Both the position numbers and the translations under genes were made by a program. Shown here piece by piece: positions 37,495 to 50,800 of a stretch of DNA of 64,000 bases. Source of the stretch: Azolla caroliniana (taxonomy: Eukaryota > Plantae > Polypodiophyta); assembly GCA_043228905.1 (NCBI GenBank), contig JBHGNT010000008.1, forward strand, positions 20,088,001 through 20,152,000. Reading direction: 5' to 3'. Position 1 is the stretch's first letter. Each line of letters begins with the position of its first letter. A model generated the notes under the pieces. That model ran no database searches. It was given only the letters and a program-made list of their open reading frames with translations, and was not told the origin of the DNA.

Positions 37495-39015
37495 TGTCGC
37501 GAAAATACGACGAGGACACGTGAACTTGAGGCAGGACCTCGGGGCCTCCGACCAAAGGATATCAGATTTGTATGTTTATATTAAACAATTAATGGAAATA
37601 AGAAAGATTGACAAATTTCATTAACAAAGGAAAATAAAGATTACAATCAATCCCAAGATTGGGATTACAAAAGTTTAGCTTATGGAGATTACTAGAATAA
37701 TAGATTAGAATAAACTAAATATGGATTCAATAGAAATTTAGGGTTTTTGGCTTTGATAAGAGATTTTAGATTTTTGAGAGATATGGCTTCCATAGGGAAT
37801 ATTAGGGTTTTGATTTTCATAAGGAAATTTAGCATTTTTTGAGAGATATCTTCCATAGGGAAGATTAGGGTTTTTGAGTGTTATGGCTTCCGTAGGGAAT
37901 TTAGGGTTTATGAGAGTTATGACTTCCCTAAGATAGGGGAGCTAAGAAGGAAAAGAAAAGAAATATAATATGGAGAGTGAGTGAGTGTAAAAAAAACGAT
38001 GGAATTTTATATGGAGTTCTCCCTTGATCATCTGCATGTCCACTTTTTGTTGCATGGCCTCTACTTTTAGTTGCTTAGCTTTTTCTTTTAGTTGCATGCC
38101 TTTTTCTTTTAGTTGCATGCGATCGTCCACATGACCTTTACTTTTTGCATGCACTCCAACTTTAGTTTCTTGCGTCCACATGGCCTTTACTTTAGTTCTC
38201 TTCACTTTACTTTAGTTTGTTGCATGATCCAAACTTCCGTCCGTCCGTGTCCAACCTCGTTCGGTAGTCGGTTCCGCCCGATCACCGAATCCCTCGCCGG
38301 TTGGTTCCGATTTTGCTTGTCGGCTGATTCCAGTTTGCTTGTCGGTTCCGATTTGCTTGCCAACCGGTTCCGATTCCGGCTTTGCTTACCTACTGGTTTT
38401 TGGTTTTTGGTTTTGCTTACCGGCCGGTTTCGGGTTTTGCATACCGGCCGATTTCGGGTTCGTATACCGGCCAGTTTCCGGATTCCGGTTTCGCTTACCG
38501 ACCGGTTTTCAATTTGCATACCAGCCGGTTTCCGGATTTGCATATCGGCCAGTTTCTGGATTTGCTTATCGCCAGTGTTCGGATTTGCATATCGGCCGGT
38601 TTCCGAATTTGCTTACCGGCCGATTTTCGGTTTTTGGGAACTTGGCCACCATCATCCATCAAGACAAAGTGGCCAAAGTGCTCTTAGCACAAATGAAAAA
38701 TGAGGGAGCTCAAGGTACTTATATAGCCATGGCCTTAAGTTTCCTATCTATGTGGGATAAATCATAGTTCTATTTTTCCTAATAGTTCTATTTTTCCTAT
38801 CTTCTCAAACTTCTTATCTATGTGGGATAGTTCTAATTTCTCTATCTTCTCAAACTTTATTTTCACATAACTTGATATGTATTTCTCCATTTTGTATATA
38901 GTAAAATACGTTTTGAAGCTCTTGAGTATATCCGTCTTTCTATAGTAAGCTACTAATCTAATCTATAATAATTATTTCATTATTTTTTACATAGTGTGAG
39001 AAGATTCACATGACA
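37495..39015 (-). mobile_element. Second solo-LTR-like insert nested in the first
   Basis: Termini tgtcgcga...catgaca; flanks atgt/acgt; splits the host tandem array. Confidence 0.72.
38280..38640. repeat. Degenerate ~23-bp GC-rich minisatellite
   Basis: Repeated ccggtttccggatttgcatat-like units. Confidence 0.85.
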
Positions 39016-41083
39016 ACGTATCTTATATGTTATTGTCATTTGTGCTTATTTGTTTGTGTATCTTATGACAAGGGAGTGTTTCAGGCTTACCCATGCACCT
39101 CTCCTTTCACAAAGGCATTCAAACTTCCGTGTCTTATATCTTATTGTCATTTGTGCTTATCTATTTGTGTGTCTTGTGACAAGGGAGCGTTGCTTTTGCC
39201 CATGCATCTCTCTTTTCACCAAGGCAATCAAAACTTTGTCTCTCGTGTGTGTAAGTAAGCCTTTCCCTCGTGTGTTCGTGTATAAGCCTTCCTCACGTGC
39301 ATTCGCTCGCCTTGTGACTAGGGGTTGATTCTGGCTTACCCATGCACCTCTCCTTTTCACTAACACGTTCGAATACTCATGCATTGTTTGTGTAATTCGT
39401 CCTTGTGTTGTGCATGCGAGCCCTATTTCCTTCTCGTCCATAACTGCGGTGGTTCCGCCTCATGATCTGCACATAGTGACGGATTTTCACGACACTAGTA
39501 TTAGGATGGCTCCAGTATGGCGGGCACATCAATTCCTTCCAAGGATTGATGAACTAAACCACCTCTCTAGAAGTACCTCTGACCGACGAGGTATTAGCAT
39601 TGTTGTTGCTGGGATCCCTTCCAAACAGCTGGGAGACGCTGGTTGTCACTTTGGGCAACGCCGGGCCGGAAGGGAAGCATCTATCCCTAGAGCATGTGAA
39701 GTTGAGCGTGCCGAATGAAGAAGCTCGCCGGAAGGACCGTGAGTCCAATACCGACCAGAAGGCCTTAGTCACGGAAGGTGACATGATTCGGGGAAGAGGC
39801 CGAAATCGAAATCCCTAAAATCGAGATAAGTTAGGGACCAGGTCGAAGTCGAGGGAGAGGCCCACGTGCTTCTATTGTGGGAAGTTGGGGCACTTCTAGA
39901 AAAACTAGCGGCACTTTCGAAAGGAGAGAGGGGAAGCTGATGGTATAGAGTCGAAGAAAATCTTGGAAAGAAAGAACACCTCCACAATCACCGTGAGTGA
40001 GGAGGAGTTGTTGCTCATTAGTGAGCAAAACGAAGTGAATCTCGTCGGCGAAGAATCAACATGGGTGGTCGATTCGGGTGCGTCATTCCACCTAACCCCT
40101 GACCGAAAGTGCTTCTCATCCTATAAGCCTGAGATCTCGGATCCGTAAAGATGGGAAATGAAGGACCATGCCGAATCGTTGGCATTGGAGATGTGTGTTT
40201 GGAAACCTCAACCGGGTGCTTACTCGTGTTGAGAGACGTACAACACGTTCTAGAGGTTCGATTGAACCTAATATCAGTCGGTTGGCTAGATGATGAAGGC
40301 TACATGGGTAGCTCGAGCCCGGAAAACCAACACACTGTACATAATGAATGCTCGAATATGCCGAGGGGATGCAAACATGGCAGCCGACAGGGTTAGTGAA
40401 CTATAGCACTGGAGTTTGTGCCATATGAACCAGGAGGGGATGTGAAAGCTTGCCAAGGAAAACCTCATCCCTAAGGTGAAGAATGTCCAACTTGAGAAGT
40501 GCATGGATTGCTTGGCCAGAAAGAAGAATCAAACATCTTTCTGAATGAGGCCCCCGATGAGGAAGAAAATGCTGTTGGAGATCGTGCACATGAATGTATT
40601 GCTATGTGGACACAAAGTCGCATGGTGGTTCACAGTATTTCGTGACCTTTATTGACGATTGTAGCAGGAAGTTGTGGGCTTCCGTGTTGAAGAAAAAGGA
40701 TCAAGTGTTGTTTGTCTTCAAAGAGTTCCAAGCGAGGGCCGAGAGAGAAACCGACCGAAAATTGAAGGCAGTCCGAGCGGACAATGGTGGAGAGTACTGC
40801 GGGCCATTCGAGGAATAGAATCAGGCTCAAGTATACTGTGCCGAAGACGCCATAGCTTAATGGGCTAGTCGAGAGAATGAACCAGACCGTAATGGAAAGT
40901 GTCCGAAGTATGTTTGCACATGTTACGTTACCGAAGATGTTCTGTACTGAGGCGCTGATGATGGCAGTGTATGTGATAAATTGATCACCCTCAGTACCCT
41001 TGGACATTGATATCCCACAAAGGGTGTGGAGCGGTAAAGACGTTTCGTACTGACATCTAAGGGTGTTCGATTGTCTTGCTTAT

Positions 41084-41821
41084 TGTGAAAGTGTTTTTAG
41101 AATTCAAGCCATTGAACATTAGAAGAATATAAGGTATGGAGCATTCACATTTCAAGGCAAAGAAGACGAACCAATATCTTAAGAAGAAGTCAAAATTAAA
41201 AGTAAGAGACCAAGAGAAAAGTAAAAAGAGAAAAAGCGGACCATAAAAAACAGTAAAAAAGGAATGGTCATAACTCCTTCGTTTTTTCACCCAAATATTA
41301 TGTTTAAATATGGGTTAGAAAGCTTGTAAAGAGAGCTATCTATAGCTTTTTAAATCACTAAATTTGGAGCTCTGATGAGGGAGATATGATGATTAGAAGG
41401 CCGTTGGGTCTTAACTAAAAATAGGAGATAAAAAGCTTCTAAAAATAGCGTGAACGAGGAAGAAGAAAATTAAAATAGAGAAGGGGGGAGCCGAACTGAG
41501 GAGGAGGAGTCTTAGGAAGAGGTATCTTAGTTGAAGAAGATGGTTCTTATTAGTGGGTTTCAGTGATGGGTAATAAGAAGGTCTTTGGTTTTTAAGTTCA
41601 TTGTGGAGTTTATTCTCTTTGTCTGGACTTGAAGTGGAATATTATAACATTATTATCTCTTTCTCATCTTCCCTACCTTTTATCTTAATTTCTTGAGTTT
41701 TCCTCTCTAAATCGTAGTTACCTAGATCTATATAATCTATTATAATTCACAACTCCATCTAATCAGTTTGGTCAAGCCCCCATATTGTGTACGAATATCC
41801 CTTGTCTTATACACCCTATCA
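41084..41821. mobile_element. Solo LTR (738 bp) in the Copia-C integrase
   Basis: tgtga...tatca termini. Perfect TSD cttat (41079-41083, 41822-41826). Host reads CLAY|VHVAKD across it. Confidence 0.88.
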
Positions 41822-42323
41822 CTTATGTGCATGTGGCAAAGGACCAGAGGGGGAAGTTGGGCCCGAAATCTCAGCCATACATATTTCTCAACTACGACAA
41901 TGATGAATTTGGCTATCGGCTATGGGACTTAGCCAAGAAGAAAGTGATCAGGAGCCACAACATTGTGTTCTTGGAGGAAAAGACAATAGTTGATTGGGAG
42001 ATTGAGAATAAGTCTCTGTTGAGAGATCAAGCTCAACTTAGTTTAGTTAATTAGTCAACTATGTAACTTCATAGTTATCTAGATAGAATCTAGTTAGAAG
42101 TGTTGACTATAACGCCTTAAATAGGACTTTGTACTTAAGTGGGATATTCTAGATCCTCCACTCCTAAGTACATTTAATATAGGACTTACACATTTGTACC
42201 TAGTATATTATCCTCACACATGTGCACCCTTGCACATGAGATCTATATATACCTCATTGTAAGTATTTTTGTATTTGATGATGATAATGCTAATTTAATA
42301 TAGAGTTAATCACCCCCCATCTC

Positions 42324-42816
42324 GTGTTGTTCATAAGTGTATCTTCCTCTCTCTCTTCCTCTCACACACATACACACACATATCACACACATACATCTTG
42401 TCTGGATATTGACGATGGAAGTCTTCAAGAAGAGCACGAGCATTAGTCACATTCTGTATTGGTTCCCAAGTATGCTCGCTGGGACTATGTGTTGTTCATA
42501 AGTGTATCTTCCTCTCTCTCTTCCTCTCACACACATACACACACATATCACACACATACATCTTGTCTGGATATTGACGATGGAAGTCTTCAAGAAGAGC
42601 ACGAGCATTAGTCACATTCTGTATTGGTTCCCAAGTACGCTCGCTGGGACTATGTGTTGTTCATAAGTGTATCTTCCTCTCTCTCTTCCTCTCACACACA
42701 TACACACATATCACACACATACATCTTGTCTGGATATTGACGATGGAAGTCTTCAAGAAGAGCACGAGCATTAGTCACATTCTGTATTGGTTCCCAAGTA
42801 TGCTCGTTGGGACTAT
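42324..42816. repeat. Three near-identical 165-bp units, each copia LTR + gypsy chromodomain tail
   Basis: Units start at 42324, 42489 and 42654. Confidence 0.95.
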
Positions 42817-45800
42817 ATCCTAGCCAATCGACTAAATAGGAGAGCTTGTTGTGAACAATATTGGAATCGAGGATGGCGGCAACCTCGTACTCAAGTCCAT
42901 CTTCAAGTTCGATCGGGGGTTGAGGTGGCTTAATATGACCTGGATGTTGCTGTCTTGATAGGGTTCAAGGAGAGAACTATGAAACACTGGATGTATCTGA
43001 AGTTGTGAAGGTAGATCGAGATGAAAAGCGACATCATAATTTTTCCGATAATACAGAAAGGACCTAATCATTGATAATCCAATTTCTCGCATGGGCGAGT
43101 AGTCTTGATGTGTCATTGTAGTAACCATACCCGATCTCCAATGTTAAAACTGGATGGACGCCGATGATGATCCGCGTAAACCTTGTGTGTTTGTTGACCT
43201 TGCTGTAGATAAGTAGATAAATCCGTTTGTATCTTGCGTAATTGCTCCAAACGATCCTCTGCACAAGGATTTGTGGGTAACTCTGGGGTTTCAAATACAC
43301 ACCACCGGGGTTGACAGCCCGAATAAGCATAAAGTGGTGTAACCTTTGTTAATGAGTGGACAGAGTTATTATACGCAAATTCGGCGAAGTGGAGAATATC
43401 CGCCCAATCATCTTGATGATAACTTAGAAAGCACCGAAGATATTGTTGCAACGTTTGATTCGCTCATTCTGCTTGGCCATCTGTTTGCGGGTGGTAGCCA
43501 GAGGAGAGGTTACAAGTGACTTTGAGCATTTTAAAGAGGTGCTTCCAGAATTTCGAGACGAACTGGGGTCCACGGTCGCTGATGATACCATCGGGAAGGT
43601 CATGATGCCGACATACTTCACGCACGATAGTTTCGGCGGTTTTCTCACTGGAGATTTCCTTAGTAACTAGTAGGAAATGGGCCATCTTCGTATATCGATC
43701 TACTACTGTTAAGATTGCATCGAATCCCTTAGAGACCGGAAGATCTGTGATGAAATCTAGAGCAATGGTTTGCCACACCTTGCTTGGAATTGGTAATGGT
43801 TCTAATAAACCATATGGATGATGCCTTGGCATTTTTTCCAACATGTATCACAAGTCCGAACAAAATCTTCGACAAATCGTTGCATATGGGGCCACCAGAA
43901 TGATCGTTGTACTAAATTTAATGTTTTAGTACTACCAAAATGCAACTGTATATGTGTCATGACAATTTTGGACTACTCGAAGGCAATAAGAACCATTAGG
44001 AACATACAAGAGTTTCATAAAGAATAGTAATCCATCATGACATTCAAATTGACGATAGTCCTGGTTGTTGCGACTGTGAACAAGATGCTCGCGAGGGATC
44101 AATTTGTGCTAGAATGGCTTGGGCGAAAGCTTCTATCTTCAAGTCCTCACGTATGGTATCGATAACGTGGGAATCCAAGGGCATACCAAAGACCTGCGTT
44201 GATTGCAGTCGTGCTGGTCCCAGGATTACTTGCTTTTGGTTATCGAAAGTTGCCTCGCCAGGACGTGGTGCTACATACGAGCGCTGTGATAATGCATCTG
44301 CCGCCTTCCCTTCTTGCTTCCCTGGACGATATGTAATTTTGAAGTCGAAACGAGTGAGGAATTGGGCCCACCGAGCTTGACGTCGATTTAACACACGAGC
44401 ATTCAAAAAGTAGGCAAGGTTTTTATGATCACTGAATATGGTGACTTGATGAGAAGAACCCTTTAGAAAATGCCTCCATTGCGTAAAAGAGTCCACTAGT
44501 GCTAATAGCTCCTTATCATGAATTTCATAGTTGATTTCGGCGGCGTCAAACTTGCGTGAGTGGAAAGCCACAATATGGAGCTTTTCATCATCTTCTTGTT
44601 GTCGCAGAATGCTACCCAACGTGAAATCTGACGCGTCTACTTCAATGATGAATGGTTTTTCCATATCAACATGAGCCAGAATAGGAGCTGATGTAAATTC
44701 CTTCTTAAGACCCTCAAAAGCCATGTCTGCTTCTTCAGACCAAACAAACTATTGTCCCTTCCTGGTGAGCTGTATGAGAGGCAGAACAAGCTTTGAGTAA
44801 TCCTCTATAAACTTTCGGTAGAAATTGGCAAAGCCTTAAAAGCATTGCACATCTCGCAATGAACGCAGAGCAGAGTCTGCCACTCTACCACTGTTTTGAC
44901 CTTAGCTGGATCCATGGAGATGCCTTCCGAGGAAATGACATAGCCCAGAAATTCTACCTAGTTGCACTCGAAACTACATTTTTCCAGCTTTGCATAAAGA
45001 CCATGTTTTGGAAGTCGTTTTAGTGTACTAACAGTACATGAGAATCATGCTCTTCTTGGGTCTTCGAATAAACCCGTAGATCATCCAAATAGATGATCAA
45101 ACAAACATCCAAGAGATCTCGGAATATATCATTTGCCATGTGCTGGAAGACTGTTGGCGCATTAGTGAGGCCGAATGGCATGACCGTATACTCGAAGTGC
45201 TCATATCTAGTGCGAAACACTGTCTTCCATTCATCTCCTCGTCGGATCCGTACAAGGTTATATGATCCTCGTAAGTCGATTTTTGTGAAGAACCCTGCAC
45301 CATTGATAAGGGGAAGTGCATACCTATTCCTGATGGTGACCTTATTCAAGCCATCGTAATCTACGACGAGACGAAGTGATCCATCCTTTTTCTTGACGAA
45401 GAAAATGGGTGTGCTAGCTGGAGATTGCAAATGTTGAATGAAACCATTTGCGAAATTCTCCTCTATATAGGCTCGAAGGACTTCTAGCTCAGTTGGTGAC
45501 AAATTGTAGATCGGTCGCAATGGTGGCTCTTTTCCCGGTTGCAAATCAATGGGGCAATCATATGGTCAATGGTGAGGAAGCGTATTGGCTTGTACTTTAT
45601 CGAACACATCGGCATAATGACGATACTTTTTTGGAAGTTGAACAGTGAACTCCTCTTTAGTGGTGTTGGAGGGTTTTACTGATACTATGAAGAGAAACAT
45701 TTCTTCCTTGCGTCCTTCCTCACGCAACTGATGTAGCGAAATGGTTGCAATCTTATGAGTAGATCCTCGGGTTTGTCGATACCGGATTTCTCTTGTTCTC

Positions 45801-47879
45801 CAATCTATGTCTAGGTTATGTAATTCGAACCATGGTAATCCCAAAACAATGGGATGTTCTAGGATACTAAATATATTAAAGGATACTACACACGCTAAAT
45901 TATCTAGGACAATATTAACGGGCTCTGACTCTTCTATGATATTTCTGAAAGTAATGGGACAAACATCAATGACTACTATAGAGGCTGGACATGAGAGTTT
46001 TCTTAGGGATATCTGATGAGCTTGGGCAAAATTCCTATCCATGAAGCAAGAATTAGCTCCGGAATCTAGGAGTGCTGAGACATGTACTGGAGAGGTACTT
46101 TTAGTACTAACTGTTACTTGGGCTAAGAACACATTGCTAACTTGCTTAGAGGGAATGGAACCACTAATGAGCTGCACAGATCTAGGGTTGTCCAACCAAA
46201 CGGCTCCTATTTTGGCTGGACTTAGTCGTTTAACTCTTCTTCTAATTGACTAAGGACATCAAATTTGTTTGATGGATTTGGGCTATTAGTAGTATTAGGA
46301 CTATCAAATATTCCTACTAAAATAGACTCGGGTTTAGTACAATTAGAACTAGCAACTATTTGGTTCACCTATCTTCTTGGCCTATGGGGACAATTCATTG
46401 CAATATGCCTTGGTCCACTGCAATAATGACATAGTTGATTTGCTCGGTGTCGCTGCTTTTCTTCTTCCGATAATGGTCCACGACAACGTGTAGTGTCAAT
46501 TTCCATTGGAGTTGGAGTATGCACTGGAGACGCATTACATGACTCCCTTGGAAAAGGTTTTGCTACCATTGAGGCATAGGTGGGCTTTGACCTTGCCCTT
46601 GGCATCTGGAACTGACGTTCCGAATGTCGTTCGAAAAGACGGTTGTCGCATCTCACCGCGCGACTAATTGCTTTTGTCAATGACTTTGGCTCTTTGGGGA
46701 AGGTCAAGAGTAAATCCTTGACTTCGTTATGTAGACCATAACGAAATTGCTCCATAAGTGCTTGGTCATCCCAAGGGATATCGGAGGCGAGTAGGCGCAA
46801 ATCTGCAACGTATGCGGAGGCTGGACGATCACCTTGACGTAATCATCGGATTTTGTTGATTGCTGTCCTTATGTTGTCAGTATCTCCAAAATAGGCTTTA
46901 AACTCACTTAAAAACTCTTCAAAATTGTTTAGTAAAGGAGATTCCTTTTCTAACAATGGAGCGAACCATGCCAAAGCTGAGCCACTTAACAACGTGCCTA
47001 CTAAACCCACTCATGATGCATCGGTGGGATATCGGGAAGGATGCATTTGAATGACTAATCGTACCTGATTAAGGAATGCTCTAAACTGCGATCGTGTTCC
47101 ATCGAATTTCATGGGAAGGCCGATCTTGGGTTCTTTATGAACCCCTTGCGTACTGGGTCCTTGTTGTTGCATCACGACTATGGTTGCTTCGAGCTGTTGC
47201 ACGCGTAACGCTAGTTCCCCATGCTGTTGTTGCGTCAGCTGCTTCTCTAAGGAGATTTGTTGAAGCTCCCCCAACAATCTTTGCTTTTCTTGTTCCGATG
47301 CGAGAAACTTCTCTTTCAAGCATTGCAACTCCGAAAAAACGGATTGATATTCTTGAGTGCTAACAGTGGCCATAGTATGAGAGAAAAGAGGAATAAGAGA
47401 TTAGTATGAAGGGAGGGAGAAGTAAGAAGATAAAGGAAGAGAAGGAAGGAGAAAAAACCGGTTCAAACTGTCACGAACAATACTAAGACAGAGAAGGAAT
47501 TAGTACTAAAGGAGGTGTAGAACTCTCGAGAGAAGGAAAGAGAGAGAGAGAGAGAGACAGAGAGACAGAGAGACAGAGAATGATGATAACAAAAGATATA
47601 TATTATATTAAGAGAATATACAATAGTAGCTAGGAGTCTTAATACTGGAATTGAACCAATTTGGTTCGAAATAATGCCTTCTGCCTCCTTTTATAGTGTT
47701 CTCAAGAGTACTCCTGAAGTTTCTAGAATGTTCTAGAGAAATTTGGAATATACATCAATTTCCTATAGTAAAACTTAAATGAAAATAATATTCATCGTAT
47801 TACAACATATAATCTAATGGTCAAGAGCTCGACCCATGTAAGATAAGGTCATGGGTTCGAGCCTTGCTATATCATGACA
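42720..47879 (-). mobile_element. Ty3/gypsy chromovirus (Tcn1-like) nested in Copia-E; 3' LTR lost
   Basis: 5' LTR 47469-47879 (tgtca..tgaca). Gag from 47373 (CHYCSGPRHIAMNC), protease LLDSGA, RT YLDD, RNase H DASD/HDKELLA, integrase SDRGPQF, chromodomain EYEVAAILDS...YLVDWLGY...TWEP at ~42725-42895. Confidence 0.93.
47803..47873 (+). ncRNA. tRNA-like A/B-box cassette at the start of the gypsy LTR, antisense to the element
   Basis: ta-atct-aatggtca-agag-c-N17-aggtc-atggg-ttcgagc-cttgc has canonical tRNA spacing, but the stems are degenerate. Confidence 0.55.
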
Positions 47880-50800
47880 AATGGTATCAGAGTGTGTGGC
47901 TTAGAAAATCCACTAAGTCCACCCCGCTACGTAGCACGTGTACGTTATCGAAGGGAGAAAAGAAAAAGAAGAGAAGACACTAATCAACATGAACACACAA
48001 ATGGGTAGCTTGTTGCCTAGTGAAAAGCTAGACTGGATCCCAATTATTCATCTTGGGAGTACAAGATGAATTGGAGCTACATCAACGACGCACAAGAAAT
48101 TTGAACCGACCCAAAGAACGTTGATTACGCAACATGGGACCAAGCGGCGAGTCGAATAATGTATTGTGTGGCAACATGTGTCCATGACCACATGCTTAGC
48201 GACATTCGAGACGCCAAGACACCTAAAGAAGCGTGGGCGAACTTAAAGAAAATGTTCACCACCAACACAACTGGCCAAAAGCTTCAACTCCGACAAGAGT
48301 TGAACAACATTCGGCAAAAAGACATGTCCATGTCCGACTACACCGCCAAGATCAAGAGCATTTGCGACTTGCTTGGCTCCATGAACATAATCGTCGATGA
48401 AGACGAGATGGTTCAAGTATGCTTAGGCAGCCTCGCACAACGATTCAACTCGTTGAGGATGGCAATCTTGGTGAGGGAAAACCCTCCTTTGTTCTTTGAC
48501 CTTTAATCAATGCTAATTGTTGAAGAGAACCACGTCCAAAACAAAACCAAGAAATCGGAAGGACAAATGTTCTTCTCAAATTCGGATGGTGGCCGAGGAC
48601 AAGGTCGAGGCAGTAGAAGAGGTTGATTCGACCCATCACACGAACGGAACTCAAACCTTTCATAACAAGACGGAATCCATCAAGGGACCTTCAGAAGAAG
48701 GGGGAGCTTCCATGCCGAACAAGGTTAGCAAATGTGGCCCATTGCTTGAAACTATTGCGGCAAAATCCGCCACTCTGAAGAGGAGTGTTGGAGAAAGAGA
48801 AGCAAGTCAGCTTTGACAAGCCGACAACTCACAAATTACGCCAACAACTCCGAATAGGACGACTACGGTGGTCTATTCGTGATGAGACATGGAGCGAACT
48901 CTATGACAGCTTTCGACTCCACGAGCACCTCCAACTCGGAAGACGTGTGGTTCGTCGATTCCGGCACCTCACATCACATGACATCCCACGAAGAGTGGTT
49001 CAGGGATTTGCGCACACCTGATCAACCTGGCGTCATAGAGACGGGTGACGACACCATACATCCGATTCGGCACATCGGCAATGTCTCATTCGTGAAAGAA
49101 GGCGAGCAAACTTGCATCAAGAATGTCTTGCACATGCTCACAATAACGAAGAATTTGGACTCGGTCGGCCAAATCGTGGAACAAGGCATGCAAGTCCGCT
49201 TCAACAACGAAGGTTCTTTCATCGAGAAAGATGGTCGATTCATAACCAAGGGACGGAGAGACGGTCGCATGTTCATCCTCGATTCGAACGAGGTGAACTC
49301 GGCCATGTATGCCAAAGGTCTCAAAATCAAGACAAAAATCGAGTTATGGCACAAGAGAATCGGCCACATCAACCTCCAACAGTTCCGAGCTATGCAATCA
49401 AAGGGAGTTGTCATCGGACTTCCGACATTCGAGTCGAAACGAGTTGACCGAGTATGCAAAGCATGCCAACTCGGTAAACAGCATTGACTCTCATTCCTGA
49501 AGGAGAGCTACACGAGCAAAGGCCTCCTCGACGTCATACATTCGGATGTATGGAGACCGGCTCAAATGCCGACAATTGGCGAATGCCAATACTACGTAAC
49601 CTTTATCGATGACTACTCCCGCTACATGTGGATCTTTTCGATGAAGAAGAAGAGCGAAGTGCTTTCCCACTTCCAAAAGCTCAAGGGCCAAGTCGAAAAA
49701 GAAACCGGTCGGCACATTCGATGCCTACGATCGGACGGATGAAAGGAGTACTTCTCGGATGAATTCACCTCCTACCTCTGAAGTGAAGGCATTCAAAGAG
49801 AATTCTCATGCCGACATACACCCCAACAAAATGGAGTAGTCGAAAGGAAGAATCGGCAAATACTCGAGGTAGCACGCGGCATGATGCATGAGAAGCACAT
49901 GCCGAGCTTCTATTGGGCCAACGTGGAATCCACGACCGTCTATCTCATGAACCGATGCACCACTAATGGAGTGCATAAGCTAACTCCATATGAGCTCCTC
50001 GTCGGAAGGAAGCCGATCCTGTCGCACCTCAAGGTGTTCGGAAGCATTGCGAATGTACGCATCCTAAATGAACAACAATAGAAGCCCTACACGAAGTCGA
50101 AGGAATGTATCCTCATAGGATACTCGTCCGAGAAGAAGGCATACAAGTGCTATAACCCTTCGACCAGAGCGGTTTGGGTGAGTCAAGACGTAGTCTTCAA
50201 CGAATCGGCATCTTGGTATAAGCGCGATTTGGCTCCACCCGACTCGATTGAGGAAGAGTTGGACGTCAACTTGGAGGATGATATTCAGCCAAGACCTTCA
50301 TCAAAGGACCGTCCAAGCTCTACTAAGCTAAGTGGACCACACGAGCCTTCAAGCCTTCCAAGCACGTCGCAACCAAGTATGACCTTGGACAAAGGCAAAG
50401 GTAAGATGCCCGAATACGAAGTCGAGCACCACGACGACAATGATTCGGATGTGTCGGCTCGCTCACTAGATAGTGAGTTTGGTGTACCCATCATGTGGAC
50501 ACCCAGAGCAAAGAAGGCGCTCACATCGACGAGCGAAAAACTTCGACACTCATCTAGAGCAAAGAACCTCGTCACTCGGCTCGGCTACAATGAGTATATG
50601 ACCCATCACTGTCTTCGCATTGAAGGTAGAGGCCGAACAAGAGCCCAAGAGCTCCACCAAAGAGGCTGGTAACCCACGATGGGTGGAAGTAGTCGACCTT
50701 CGCCCACACACTACAAGCCTTCATCACCGGTTTGAGGGGGAGGAACCGAGATTGCCACGACGAAGAAAACCGAAGGCCAGACAGAAGCACACAAAGCCGA

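Larger units (their letters stand above)
36629..39494 (+). mobile_element. Solo-LTR-like insert in Copia-C gag, carrying ~112-bp tandem repeats
   Basis: Termini tgtcgtga...tcacgaca. Gag reads RLR|YQDGSSM across it. tataaata at ~37100. Repeat units at 37381-37494, 39017-39128 and 39129-39235. Confidence 0.75.

Noticed and set aside
38113-38767. Long overlapping ORFs
   Set aside because: Products of a stop-poor GC-rich minisatellite; no domain features.
42324-42816. Repeat array as a CRISPR
   Set aside because: Whole units are repeated with no unique spacers or cas genes, in a eukaryotic TE context.
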